DNA of 63,798 nucleotides, the filler included, from Octopus bimaculoides (Eukaryota), in assembly GCF_001194135.2 (NCBI RefSeq). It is 5 parts of 4 records of this genome, joined end to end, with 100 filler letters (N's around TTAATTAATTAA, not from the genome) between each part and the next. Parts side by side here need not be neighbours in the genome. Positions count along the whole stretch, not along the records: positions 1 to 28,028 come from NC_068984.1; 4 more parts are not named here. One strand, given 5' to 3'. Of this stretch, positions 13,800 to 26,759 are shown piece after piece (within the stretch, counting starts at the first letter, position 1; every line of letters starts with the position of its first letter). The position numbers and the translations under genes are program-made. The notes beneath the pieces were generated by a model. That model was not told where the DNA came from. It saw only the letters and a list, made by a program, of their open reading frames with translations, and ran no database searches.

Positions 13800-15549
13800 G
13801 CATAAATATAGAGAGTGAGAGTGTGAAAGTGAGTGAAAGCAAACATTTATACTAAGGTAAGATTTTCGAATATATATTACATCACCATATTGGTTTACCG
13901 AAATATACTGTTAGAATGTGAATATTAAATATGATGTTAGCTATTTTGTTATTGCTAATGATATTTAGGATGTCAACAACAGACTTGATAACATCCTAAT
14001 TAGAAAATACTTCCTTTATATTAATATGATAATTTGACTCTCTCACGTACATATACAATCATTCACTCTACATTAATAAATGCATAATGTGTAGTATATG
14101 GATATACATACATGTTTCTGTGGTGTACTTGCATTTTCATACACTATAGTTATTCCAATCTATAATAGAGAATGAGTTTTTTTCTCTCTTACTAAATTAG
14201 TTCGAATTTTGTAAACAATAGATTTAATTTGCATGAAACTTTGTAAAATAACTTAAACTATCAGGAAAAGCATTAACTTTTAACTTTTCAAATGTCGTTT
14301 GCATGCGGCCAAGCGATAGCTATTAGCGATATGTTAGAATTCATATGCTCATGATAGGCATAATGAATTGTTTTCCGAAATTGTATGAGCTGCTTTCTTA
14401 ATGAATATCTTTATTTTATTATGCCGATTTGTATACCATTATAAATTATATATACGTCATTTATACTTATTTCACAATAATCTTTCTGAAATGTAAGATT
14501 ATATATGGATATACATACATATACATTATATATATATATATATATATAATAATATTAGGGACAAAATCCAAAATTACAGGTAAAAACTCAATTAAAATCA
14601 ATTTATAAAATAATAAAACTAAATTGAGTTTTATAGATAGTGGATTTTCATCGATGAGTTCTTGAAACTTGGTTATTTTCCCTAAAACTATATATTTTAT
14701 ATATATATATANNNNNNNNNNNNNNNNNNNNNNNNNNNNNNNNNNNNNNNNNNNNNNNNNNNNNNNNNNNNNNNNNNNNNNNNNNNNNNNNNNNNNNNNN
14801 NNNNNNNNNNNNNNNNNNNNNNNNNNNNNNNNNNNNNNNNNNNNNNNNNNNNNNNNNNNNNNNNNNNNNNNNNNNNNNNNNNNNNNNNNNNNNNNNNNNN
14901 NNNNNNNNNNNNNNNNNNNNNNNNNNNNNNNNNNNNNNNNNNNNNNNNNNNNNNNNNNNNNNNNNNNNNNNNNNNNNNNNNNNNNNNNNNNNNNNNNNNN
15001 NNNNNNNNNNNNNNNNNNNNNNNNNNNNNNNNNNNNNNNNNNNNNNNNNNNNNNNNNNNNNNNNNNNNNNNNNNNNNNNNNNNNNNNNNNNNNNNNNNNN
15101 NNNNNNNNNNNNNNNNNNNNNNNNNNNNNNNNNNNNNNNNNNNNNNNNNNNNNNNNNNNNNNNNNNNNNNNNNNNNNNNNNNNNNNNNNNNNNNNNNNNN
15201 NNNNNNNNNNNNNNNNNNNNNNNNNNNNNNNNNNNNNNNNNNNNNNNNNNNNNNNNNNNNNNNNNNNNNNNNNNNNNNNNNNNNNNNNNNNNNNNNNNNN
15301 NNNNNNNNNNNNNNNNNNNNNNNNNNNNNNNNNNNNNNNNNNNNNNNNNNNNNNNNNNNNNNNNNNNNNNNNNNNNNNNNNNNNNNNNNNNNNNNNNNNN
15401 NNNNNNNNNNNNNNNNNNNNNNNNNNNNNNNNNNNNNNNNNNNNNNNNNNNNNNNNNNNNNNNNNNNNNNNNNNNNNNNNNNNNNNNNNNNNNNNNNNNN
15501 NNNNNNNNNNNNNNNNNNNNNNNNNNNNNNNNNNNNNNNNNNNNNNNNN

Positions 15550-15602
<53 letters not shown>

Positions 15603-15699
15603 ATAGATAGAGGTACATATAGTACTCTGTTTGTGTGTGTATGCGTTGGTATGGGTATGTGGGTCTGTGTCGGCACAGTATGACAGAATGAATGCTTAG

Positions 15700-16020
15700 G
15701 AAGATTGTTTTTGCAACTTCGTGGTCCAGGCTTCAATGTCACGAAGTAGGAAAGAGCTTTATGAAAATGACATTTTCTATACCCTGCTTTGACCTATACT
15801 TTGTGAATAAAACTGGTTTGATGAAACTTTATAGCAGCCGGTCAAGTGTATTGAAGTCAACTAAAATTCGTTTATTTCGAATGACTCCTCAGCACTACGT
15901 GGGGCCGATTCGTAGACTTGGCGTTCCATTTTATTCTAGAGTAAAGCGTTCCATTTCCTTTTACTTCAGATAACTCGGCTGAAAACCTGTAGGTCTGGTG
16001 CTGTGCATTTTTCTAGCTGT
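15700..16020 (-). mobile_element. Possible heavily decayed LINE RT fragment (Rex1/Jockey-like)
   Basis: Minus-strand patches TARKMHSTRPTGFQPSYLK, LTSI and KYRSKQGIENVIF loosely resemble RKAAGPDGI.P..LK, ALTS and AYR...GVEDAI in the right order. Weak. Confidence 0.25.
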
Positions 16021-17149
16021 TGTCGCATCTTTGCATTTACTCAATGATGTACTGGATCAGGTCATGAATGTCTGTGTTGGATTCTTTTCCTCTCCATGAC
16101 GGCATAATTTTTTAAACCTAATAATGAATGCAAGTTACTTACTGTGATGGTCTGGTTTTAATTTTTTTATGAATATGAATATGTTTATCTATTCAGTATA
16201 CGTGACGGTATGAGTTTGCATATGCACACGCCAGCGTAAATATTTTTGAGATATATTAAGAGAAGAACGTAAATAAAAAAAGAAATGCATAAAAATAGAT
16301 TAAGAGAAACCCGAATTTAAGTGAAATGAAAAAGAAATGAATGATCGCAGAACAATGAAACAAACGCATTTCTACGATCATTTCGAATTTCACTATTAAA
16401 ATATATGGAATATCATTTAATGAAAAGTGTGCATTGAAATATGAAAACTTTATATTAGAAAGATACAAGTAAGACAATTTATGGCGCCAAGCGTAATTTT
16501 TAGTGTCTAGAATGTTTCGCAACTAAAAAGTACCATATGAAAGGAATAACAGACAATGACTCATGAAACTTGATGGAAAGCAACATAACATAAAGTTAAA
16601 CTTGCGAAGTATTTGAACCTGGAAATATCGTTAGGTAATATTGGAGTTCAATATTTAAGAGTTACACAGAAAGTAAGATCGTATAGATTAAGTATGGATA
16701 GCAAGAAATACTTATGAAGTAACGATGAAAAATGATATAGAAAAATATTCATTTTATCTATACTTACAACATTTAAAATGTGGACATGTATCTCAAACAA
16801 TATGAAACGTAACGTGGAATCAGTAAATTTTTCATGCACGTAGTTATACAGTTCTGAATAAAATATTAAAGCACAGACTATTAAATAAGTTTTTAAAAAC
16901 CAAACAACACCATTAGCATGATATACTAGAAATGTTAGCGGTATGTGTGTCACACAATATTGATTTAAGATTAACAACAAGCATATGATCTGAAAATTTC
17001 AAAGATATAGAAATAGATACATAACTAGATATTGTAGAGAAGACAAGTTGCTTATGTTCTGTAAGAAGAGTTTTGATTAAATATGTATAGACTTATTCAA
17101 TAGTACATTACAGTATGTAGATTTACATACGTGCATATATAAATATCTA

Positions 17150-17180
17150 CTTATCTATCTATATATCTAACATTCTATCC

Positions 17181-17236
<56 letters not shown>
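17150..17236. repeat. (TATC)n microsatellite
   Basis: Directly visible. Confidence 0.95.
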
Positions 17237-17290
17237 GTGTATATAATATATATACACACACACAAACAGATACATATATATCTATATGTA

Positions 17291-17472
17291 CAGTTCTATA
17301 TTTAAGAGATGAGGAATTATTTACATTATTTACATTATTTACATTTGACGGATATTTGTCCTCATCTTGTTTGTTGTTAACACAACGTTTCGGCTGATAT
17401 ACCCTCCAGCCTTCGTCAGGTGTCTTGGGAAAATTTCGAACCTGGGTTCTCATTCCTAACAATGTTACTATT
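17291..17472 (-). mobile_element. Inverted copy of the hammerhead-bearing SINE tail
   Basis: 17325-17472 is the reverse complement of 17618-17765, with 2 mismatches in 148 nt by manual comparison. A further ~34 nt extend to the putative TSD boundary. Confidence 0.85.
17379..17424 (-). ncRNA. Minimal type I hammerhead ribozyme motif (Penelope-like)
   Basis: Exact reverse complement of the motif at 17666-17711. Confidence 0.75.
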
Positions 17473-17477
17473 CCCAC

Positions 17478-17552
17478 GGGCATATGGCGTAGTGGTTAAG
17501 AGCGCGGGCTACTAACCCCAAGGTTCCGAGTTCGATTCACAGCAGCGACCTG

Positions 17553-17613
<61 letters not shown>

Positions 17614-17765
17614 TAATAATAGTAACATCGTTAGGAATGAGAACCCAGGTTCGAAATTTCCCCAAGACACCTGACGAAGGCTGGAGGGTATATCAGCCGA
17701 AACGTTGTGTTAACAACAAACAAGATGAGGACAAATATCCGTCAAATGTAAATAATGTAAATAAT
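17478..17765 (+). mobile_element. tRNA-headed SINE with internal (AAT)n and a Penelope-like hammerhead tail
   Basis: Box A TGGCGTAGTGG (17485-17495), anticodon-loop-like CTACTAA, box B GTTCGATTC (17530-17538), (AAT)n at ~17554-17620, hammerhead at 17666-17711, and a 3' end with tandem TGTAAATAA. Confidence 0.8.
17666..17711 (+). ncRNA. Minimal type I hammerhead ribozyme motif (Penelope-like)
   Basis: Stem I GACAC/GUGUU; core CUGACGA (17671-17677); stem II GGCUGG/UCAGCC; GAAA (17699-17702); palindromic ACGU stem III; predicted GUU cleavage after 17706. Confidence 0.78.
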
Positions 17766-19334
17766 ATATCTATATGTATCTGTTTGTGTGTGTACGTGCG
17801 CGCATGCGTGCATGTGTGTGTGAAGATTTCACTTCAACTTTACCTGCATCGTCATAGAGCACAACATACCTTATTTACATTGAGAGGATCTTTAATATTT
17901 ACTCGTTGTGCATAAAAGTGCTTGTATGTATGATGTTAATAACACATAACATATATCAGTAGAAGGGGAAAAGCAGTTTGACACATTGGCAAGTAACCAC
18001 GGGCTGCCGCATATCAAGACAAAGGCGATTGCCACTTGTGTAGTAAAAGAATGATTAAAATCAGTGATGACGCAATTCGCCGGCAACCGAAGTGAACAAT
18101 TTCTATGTGCGACAAAAACAGCATTAATTTAAAGCTGCAATCATACAAACATTCTTAAAACAGAACCATCTTTGAAAGCCTGCCTTAGAGCAGCATGCGG
18201 TCCGAGATAACATTCTTTGAGACGTATAGTGTTAAAACGCAACAATACAACAGTAGCAAACGAGCAACTGCAATCTAAGACAAAACGGGCAGCCACCACG
18301 TATAGTTATTGGGAAATCATTGGTTTCGCATTTAGCCATCAGTTTGAATAAATACGCTTAAATATACAAATTCAAAAATATATACGAAAGAAATCATTTT
18401 TGTATGTTTGTGTGTGTTTGTTAGCGTCTTTATATTTGTGAGCCTGACAAAACGTTTCAGCAAAATGTGGGCCATGAAATACGAAGTACTTAAACTATAA
18501 ATTTTAGTGACCATTTCATTGATTAAGCCCTTCAAGACTGCATGACAGTTCTCCAATGATTGGAAATAATAATAAAAGAAAATAATACTACACAAATATA
18601 TAGATATATACATGCCAGCATATATTCATACGTGAGAATTATACTTTATTTTTAGTAGATGCCGATAAAAAGTTACGCACATTGAACTGCTTTCTAACTG
18701 CGTTTTCCGTTTTTTAATTATTTGTTTTCTCCTTCTAATTGTAGACAAAGTTAGTTATTAAAATATGAAATAATTTTTTGGCTCTACTCAATTCTGTTTA
18801 ATTTAGTCTTCACTGCCTACTTCAAAATATTTTATCGAAAGTAATATAGAAAATAACAAATAAAACGGTTTGTATTAGAATATATTAGGTTAATTTCAAA
18901 GAAGATTCTTCATATTTGTACAAGAAAATTAGAACTATTAATTCATTTCAAATTACTCACATTGAAATTAATTAAACTCATAATACGTATTATTTCTATT
19001 GTATCAGGAAATTTCAATATGATATTATTTTTGTTTTCATATACATTTTTAATGAACGAATTACGAAGTTAAATAAATAATTCTGTAAACATTAGTTCAT
19101 ATTTAAATTACGAATATTTCTTTGAAATTCTTTCATATATAGCAGTGTTTTGATGGTAATTCAATTATTCATTTATCGGATTCAGACATTGTACATTCAT
19201 AACAATACTAATACAAGACAAATAAAGAAGTTACATACCCAAAGCTCATGAAGCTGCACTGAATACTGCAGTGAAAATCTATTAAAGTGAATCTACTATA
19301 TAACAATAATAATGATACATTGAAATATAAGCAG

Positions 19335-19511
19335 AAGGCCTGAAATTTTGGGGGAGGGCAATAGTAGGTTACATCGACCCCAGTGTTTCACTGGAACTTA
19401 ATTTATCGACCCCGAAAGAATGAAAGCCAAAGTGGACCTCGATACAATATAACTCAGAACGTAGTCATGGTTGAAATGCCGCTAAGCATTTCGTCCAGCG
19501 TGCTAACGATT
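19335..19511 (-). mobile_element. tRNA-derived SINE, tail type B, 5'-truncated
   Basis: aaggcctgaaattttgggggaggg...ttaatttatcgaccccgaaagaatgaaag...gcgtgctaacgatt is the reverse complement of the family seen at 247. Confidence 0.85.
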
Positions 19512-19536
19512 AAGTCATTCGCAGTTTCAATAATAT

Positions 19537-19772
<236 letters not shown>

Positions 19773-20789
19773 CCCGGATGCAGTACCAGGCAGTGGTTCT
19801 CATGGCTTCTGATCTTAATTGATTGGAAGTGTTATGTATATTGTTTTGTCTTGGTATAAAGATGGGCTACAGCAAATATTCTGCTTAATACCAGAGATTT
19901 CCTTGTCAGTTGTTTGACCTTAACCAATTGAGCATGTCCTTTGGTAGCTGACGATATATGCCTCTCTAATCATGAGCAGACGTAGTTTGGGAGTATCATA
20001 GCCATGTGTTGAGAGGAATTCTTTGGGGTTCGAATAATTCACCTTTGGAAACATGGGTGTTTTGCTCAACATCCTTAAACAAACCTTATTCAAAGACGTT
20101 TTGAGCGGGATGGGCTACTCGACCTGCAGAAAATTCTAACTGGGCCCTACCTGCGAGTTCATGCACTGTTTATTTTGATATGAGATCACCATGTCGCGCA
20201 CATATAAAAAAAATTTCCCAACTGATCTAGTTTTCAGACATCGTTAACAAAGCTTGGTCGTTCTATAGATGCATTTTACTTGAAATCTGATTAGTAAGTT
20301 TGGTTCCAACTTACATAACGTAATGAAAAAATAAATTTAAAATCAGAATAAGGCCCCTACTCAACAGAAATAGCTACTAGATTAAGAGTCATCTGCGGTC
20401 ACGAAGGCGAGTCATCTTCAAAACCTTAATCGTAATTATATAAAGCAGAATATAATTAATAATGATAGGCTGTGCATATGATATTACAAATATCTTTACA
20501 ATTTTGGACAAGTTTTGTTCTTATTTGATTTATTTAGTGAAGTACAATTATTACCTGAAAATTCTGAGCAGTGATGAAAAGAATTGGTTTATGGGAGCCA
20601 GAAGTAAGGCTAACAACAACCCATATATACCCAGCGATGAACTTAAAATCCACTGAACTTCAACACTACCCCCACCTTAATCAAGAGCAGGGTACCTAAC
20701 AACCGATGCCTCCGCAGCGTATTGGGTGACCTTATAAACTTATGCATTTTCTGTAACCGCCCACAACCGTCTCTGTACGCTTAGATGTG

Positions 20790-20803
20790 CGCACGCACGC
20801 TCG

Positions 20804-20842
<39 letters not shown>

Positions 20843-20880
20843 ACATACACACATGCACATACACACTCAATCACTCACAC
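20790..20880. repeat. (CA)n microsatellite
   Basis: Directly visible. Confidence 0.9.
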
Positions 20881-20989
20881 ACCCAGCAGCACTTTTACAC
20901 ATTAACTAGCTTCAGTGCGAAATTTTCAGCCACACTGGGGACCGCCGTTATCTTTGCTACACTATCTGAAACCTCCTCTGATATGTAAC

Positions 20990-21655
20990 ATTTAGTGAAT
21001 GAGAGAGTTTGATGCTGTTGTCCTCACCTGCGTTTCTTAGGGCTACGTTGATTCACTCGGAATTCTTGACAAGAGAAGATCCAGTTCTGTTTTGAAAACA
21101 CCTATACTTCCTCTATGTCTCTGAAAATTTTGATAGATTACTCAAACAGTTGCACTATTTGATCCTATACCATGATGGTGATGTGTAAATCTTTACCGCT
21201 AGGTAACAACTTCCTCTTCTGCTGCTTGTGAAACTGACTTTGGCAAAGTTTGTTACAAGACCTTCGTTAATTTTTCAGGTGCATGTCATCTCCTATCTCT
21301 CCCACCTGCGTTCTAGAGAGTAGGGTCTTCCTAGTAGCTGACATGTCGCAATGAGATGATCATTTTCTGTGTAGCTTTGCTGGATTGCTTCGAGCTCCGT
21401 CGTTAATTTTACACTGTCCGGTAACCAAATCTAGGAGCAGTAGTCTAAGATACTGAGAACATATGTCGTTCAGAGGCCCATCATGGTGTCTTATTGTCTC
21501 GTTCCGAATGCTTTGGGAATCCATTCGGCCAGCCATCTGTATTTTATTGCCAATTTAATATTACGCATCCGGATAGGTGTATCATTACGAATGTCAATGC
21601 CAAGATCATGCACTGATTTTGATTCAAAGATTGCATTCCCACATGGCCCGTCCTC
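20990..21655 (-). mobile_element. CR1-clade LINE 3' fragment (decayed RT C-terminus)
   Basis: The minus strand reads KSVHDLGIDI..., YVLSILDYCS*IW..., ELEAIQQSYT..., YSLERRWER..., KINEGLV. These are the DLG, LDYCSxxW, LExIQR and YSLERRR motifs of CR1-type RT tails. Confidence 0.85.
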
Positions 21656-23269
21656 GCTCCCCCCCCCTCTAACACTAACAAACTACAATCCGACGCCATG
21701 TCCCCATCCAGCAACATCATTAGCAAACACCCGATGTAAAAACACACACAGACGAAGACGTGTTCATCCAGATAAAATTGCGTAAATTCATACAGAAATG
21801 TACATATCCACGTTCAGCAACATCTATACGCGTACACACCCATACACGCATCACCAAACATGTAAGCACACACATGCACATAGATGAAATACTAATGCAC
21901 ATGTATTCGCACACAGGCAGCTGATACATTGGCAACCGAGATACACGCCGAAATACCTACACATGGCTGATACGAACCCGCACCTATACATAAATACATC
22001 CTGACAAACGCGTACACACACACACAACAGAAAAAGTTGCCATCAACTCTCACCCACGCACTAGTTTATCGCACAACTACACACACTCACAAACAGTATA
22101 TGTATACGATCAGACACCCACAGACGCATCTGGTATATACACACACAGAACCACGATGGCCATCGATCCAATGATTCGCACGTCTATTCGAAGACCAGCC
22201 AGATATCGAGAAGCTACGTCTTCCTGTCCAGCCCAGTACTCGAAAAAATTAAAATTGTGATCTCATTTTTAATGGATTTGATGTCACCGGAATTTCAATT
22301 AAACGCACAATAATACCATGCGACCCACATTGACCAATTGCAGCACAGATTCTGGTAGCGATCTTAGACTGTTTGCACCTCTGTTCAGCCGCCTGGGCTG
22401 GACGAGCTAGGCATCTGTAAGGAGCTTACAAAGCTTTAAGGTGTTTATGGGCGACTCATACCGTTATAGATAATATATGTAACGACGAAATGTGTTGACT
22501 GCCTGTCACTTATATATATATATATATACACACATGTTTTGCTCAAGAACACAACGCATCATCCGGTCTAGTAACTGAAATCACGATCGCTAGAGTGCAA
22601 TATCCTAGCTATTAACCCATGCACAATCTAAGTGTGAGTATATATATATATANNNNNNNNNNNNNNNNNNNNNNNNNNNNNNNNNNNNNNNNNNNNNNNN
22701 NNNNNNNNNNNNNNNNNNNNNNNNNNNNNNNNNNNNNNNNNNNNNNNNNNNNNNNNNNNNNNNNNNNNNNNNNNNNNNNNNNNNNNNNNNNNNNNNNNNN
22801 NNNNNNNNNNNNNNNNNNNNNNNNNNNNNNNNNNNNNNNNNNNNNNNNNNNNNNNNNNNNNNNNNNNNNNNNNNNNNNNNNNNNNNNNNNNNNNNNNNNN
22901 NNNNNNNNNNNNNNNNNNNNNNNNNNNNNNNNNNNNNNNNNNNNNNNNNNNNNNNNNNNNNNNNNNNNNNNNNNNNNNNNNNNNNNNNNNNNNNNNNNNN
23001 NNNNNNNNNNNNNNNNNNNNNNNNNNNNNNNNNNNNNNNNNNNNNNNNNNNNNNNNNNNNNNNNNNNNNNNNNNNNNNNNNNNNNNNNNNNNNNNNNNNN
23101 NNNNNNNNNNNNNNNNNNNNNNNNNNNNNNNNNNNNNNNNNNNNNNNNNNNNNNNNNNNNNNNNNNNNNNNNNNNNNNNNNNNNNNNNNNNNNNNNNNNN
23201 NNNNNNNNNNNNNNNNNNNNNNNNNNNNNNNNNNNNNNNNNNNNNNNNNNNNNNNNNNNNNNNNNNNNN

Positions 23270-23324
<55 letters not shown>

Positions 23325-24239
23325 ATTATATATATATAGAGACATATTATTTCACCGGATTATATATGCAGTATGATGACCATTTTGCAGCCTTCATCCT
23401 GTAAAAATTTAAGTGTATAATAATATATTTTATCTTATATGTCTGCGTTAGTATGCATGTTATACATTGCACCGTACCATAGTACATTTACAAAGCAATG
23501 AACATATAGAAGATAGGCGCACCTGATGAACAGAATATTATGGTTACACCGATTTTTCAACTCTGCTAAATGTGTATAAAATAATCCTTTATTAATACGA
23601 TGTATTGAAGACCGATAATTGATAAAATTTATTACAGCGAGAAGATACAAAAACAATAAAGGACATCTAGGAAGATATTGAAAGGAAATGATGAGTATTG
23701 GTGATGAAAGTGGTAAAGAAAAAAACGAATAAGGCAATACAAAATAAAATTAATAAGAATAAAAAATGCATAACTGCATCTATGTAGATGTATATTCATA
23801 CACCTTAAAATACATGCATATATTGTAAAGAGACAAACATATGTACGCACTCAAACCAATACATGTTTCTATTAGCATAAATTCATATATAACTAAAGAT
23901 GTACCGAAACCCATAATGCAAGATGCAAAAACGATATAATATATGCATATACAAATAGATGTACTAATAGGGTGTATGCTCTCGTGTACCTATAGAGATA
24001 AATAGATAGGTATGGGTACACGAAATTGGGCACACATACATATACACAAATAAGCATATTGGTACACATATATGTACATGAATATACATATTATTATCTA
24101 TATGATAATACGTTAGAAAAATGACATACATATACATATATATTTTCTTAGATATACACACAACTACAACTATACACGCGTACCCATATGCGATTTTACA
24201 TAGCAAGAAGATATATATAGGAACATATATGAGAGTATG

Positions 24240-24455
24240 TACGAGGAGGTACTAAAAGTTCCTGGTTTTAGGTAAAATAAAACACAGGAGGATCAGTTAA
24301 TTACGATTTTATTCAACATATTACCATCTCTGAGCCACACACTTACTGCAGCAGTCCTTCATTTTTTAAGCCCTGAAAAGAACTCGGATGGTTGGGTCTC
24401 CAACCAGGCCTTGGCCATACCCTTGATTCCAGGAACTTGTCAGTACTCCCTCGTA
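24240..24455 (+). mobile_element. Mariner/Tc1-like MITE with both TIRs and TA ends
   Basis: 5' tacgaggaggtactaaaagttcctgg and 3' ccaggaacttgtcagtactccctcgta form imperfect ~27-bp TIRs bounded by TA. Confidence 0.85.
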
Positions 24456-26429
24456 TATAAATGCTATGATATACACATTTGAAATATATTGAATCTATTA
24501 ACATGGTTATTAGAGCGAAATTAACTATTTGTAGATATTAATTAAAAAAAAACTAATTTGTAAGGTATATGAACAACTGGAGTACATGGATTTATGTGTA
24601 AATTTACACCCATTATAAATAACAGAGTGTGTAAATCTCTAATGCATTATCTATCACCCTAGTAAACACAAATTATGGTTAGTTGAGTCAGGGAATTATA
24701 AATTTATATTGATAAAAGTTTAAACTTTGTTAGTAAATATTCAAAATTCAAGTGTACACTTAGGTATAGATTATCATATAGAAACTATTTCAAATTTTAA
24801 GTGCTTCCACAATTGCAAAACAAGCGTGTTCTTAGATCGCAGAATGGTTGAATATGTTCTAATATATTATTCATTGCAGTAGTGGAAGTATGTAAGGTTA
24901 ATAAAGTAGGGAAATATTTCGTTGTATTGATCTAGGAAACAGAATGTTTGGATGTGCTAGAATACATTACCATTTAAAGTAGGACTTAAATATGGTTCAC
25001 TATATTAGGGGAATAACTAGCAAACAAGGATGATTTAGATATATGAGCTGGTAGTCATGTGTAAGAAGTATTCCTACAAATAACAAAATGTGTGAATATA
25101 TTTATCTTATTGTTTTATGAAACTCTAAGGTTATATAATAAGGATAATAGAATTAGGGAATGCATTCGACGTACTGACCTAGTTTATAAAGACAATTCAT
25201 GCAGATATAATGAGCCAGCATAATGTCAAGAATAGTGGGAATGCAGAAAAAATTTATATTTAAGGTGCTGTCATCTTATAATCAATTCCGCAAGCTGATT
25301 AATCATATTTGATTTGAGTTTATTAAATTTATTAATAGGGAATGCCAATGGAAATATGTGCTTTACTAAAAGCATTGATAGAACACTTTCATACCACATT
25401 CTTCCTCAGGCATTAACGGAATACAGTGATTTATTACGAGTGCCATATAGGGCAAAGTTATCTTGATTATCAGTAAGGAAGATGTGTTCTGTTACACTGT
25501 TATTAGTATTATTGTTACTGGAAGCATAAACCTCGACACATTGAATTTTTTAATAAAGATATTACATTTCAATTGTTTTGGTGGGTAGAAGTTTCTATAT
25601 TAGATATACTGCTATTGTTGTCGTATTAACTAGAGTCAAATCTTGCTATGTATTCGGGAATATTGGGCATGGTAAAGCATGTCAATTTAAATGTGTGTTT
25701 ATTGAAATTTTATAATACGGGATTGAGTTGGGGAAGTGTTTAGCTAACGCTAGAAGAATGTTTCTAGCTGCATTACAAAGAGATTGTAGATTGAATGGTA
25801 AGTTAAAACACAAAACATTCTTACGCGAATAATATTCGTTTTTATTCTCATTTTTATTCGGATTAAATGCAATATTGTCAAAAGTAGTTTGGTGACGACG
25901 ATAGTTAATCACATTAGTTGATCAAAATACATTATTATAGTTGTCATCGTTAGTGTTGTTGTTGTTATCCTTCTTCTTTTTCTTCTTCTTCTCATTATCA
26001 TCATTATTATTAATACCGATGGTAACTATTATCACCTTATTATTAATATTATTATTATCTTAAAAGGTATGAGTACAGTACTCATTACCACGTAATTTGC
26101 CTGATAATTTATAAGTTTTCCCTCATTACTAAGATTGTTCTATTAACGCAAGCAAATTTTATGACTTTTCTCAGACTGAGAATATCCTTAGTGCAACAAA
26201 TTATTTTCATTAACTTTATTGCTTACTGACTGCATATAATTGCTATTGTCATCATTATATTATAGAAGATATGCTATTTTCTCTTTGTAGCCAACCCTGA
26301 TTAAAGTTTCATTATAGTAATTTACATGTGTACATCTGTAGGTGTGTGGATGATGGTGTAGGCGCTGGGAAGTGGTCAGTGCTAGTGTGTGCACTGGTGT
26401 GGGTGCTGGGAAGTGGTCAGTGGTAGCAT

Positions 26430-26540
26430 GTGCGGGGTGGTGTGATGTGGTGTGGTATGGTGGTGTGTGGTGTGGTGGTTTATGATGTGGTTGTGTGGTG
26501 GTTTGGTGTGGTGGTGTGCGGTGTGGTTTGGTGTTGTTGG
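26430..26540. repeat. (GTG/GTGTG)-rich simple repeat
   Basis: Directly visible. Confidence 0.8.
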
Positions 26541-26759
26541 AGTGTAGAAGAAGCGAGAGTGGGGTAAGCAAGATTGCGGTCTAAGTGAAGAGAGGAAGTA
26601 AGTGCCAGAGCAAGAGAGGAGAGATGGGTGGGAGGAAGTAGGTGTGAGAGGAAGAAAGGAGAGACGAAGAGAGGAGAGAGGAGGAGGGTTAGATGAAGAG
26701 GGGAAGAGAGTTGACTCTATGTGGCGCAAAGGAACGAAGAAACAACATTAATCCCTGCT

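Noticed and set aside
13207-15742. Long ORFs of 140-400 aa in the track (also 22605-23404, 46357-47363 and 53790-55095)
   Set aside because: They consist of X from N gaps plus YI/HT/CV dipeptides from dinucleotide repeats.
17478-17553. Functional tRNA gene
   Set aside because: The acceptor and T stems do not pair and the sequence continues into (AAT)n and a repeat tail, so it is treated as a SINE head.
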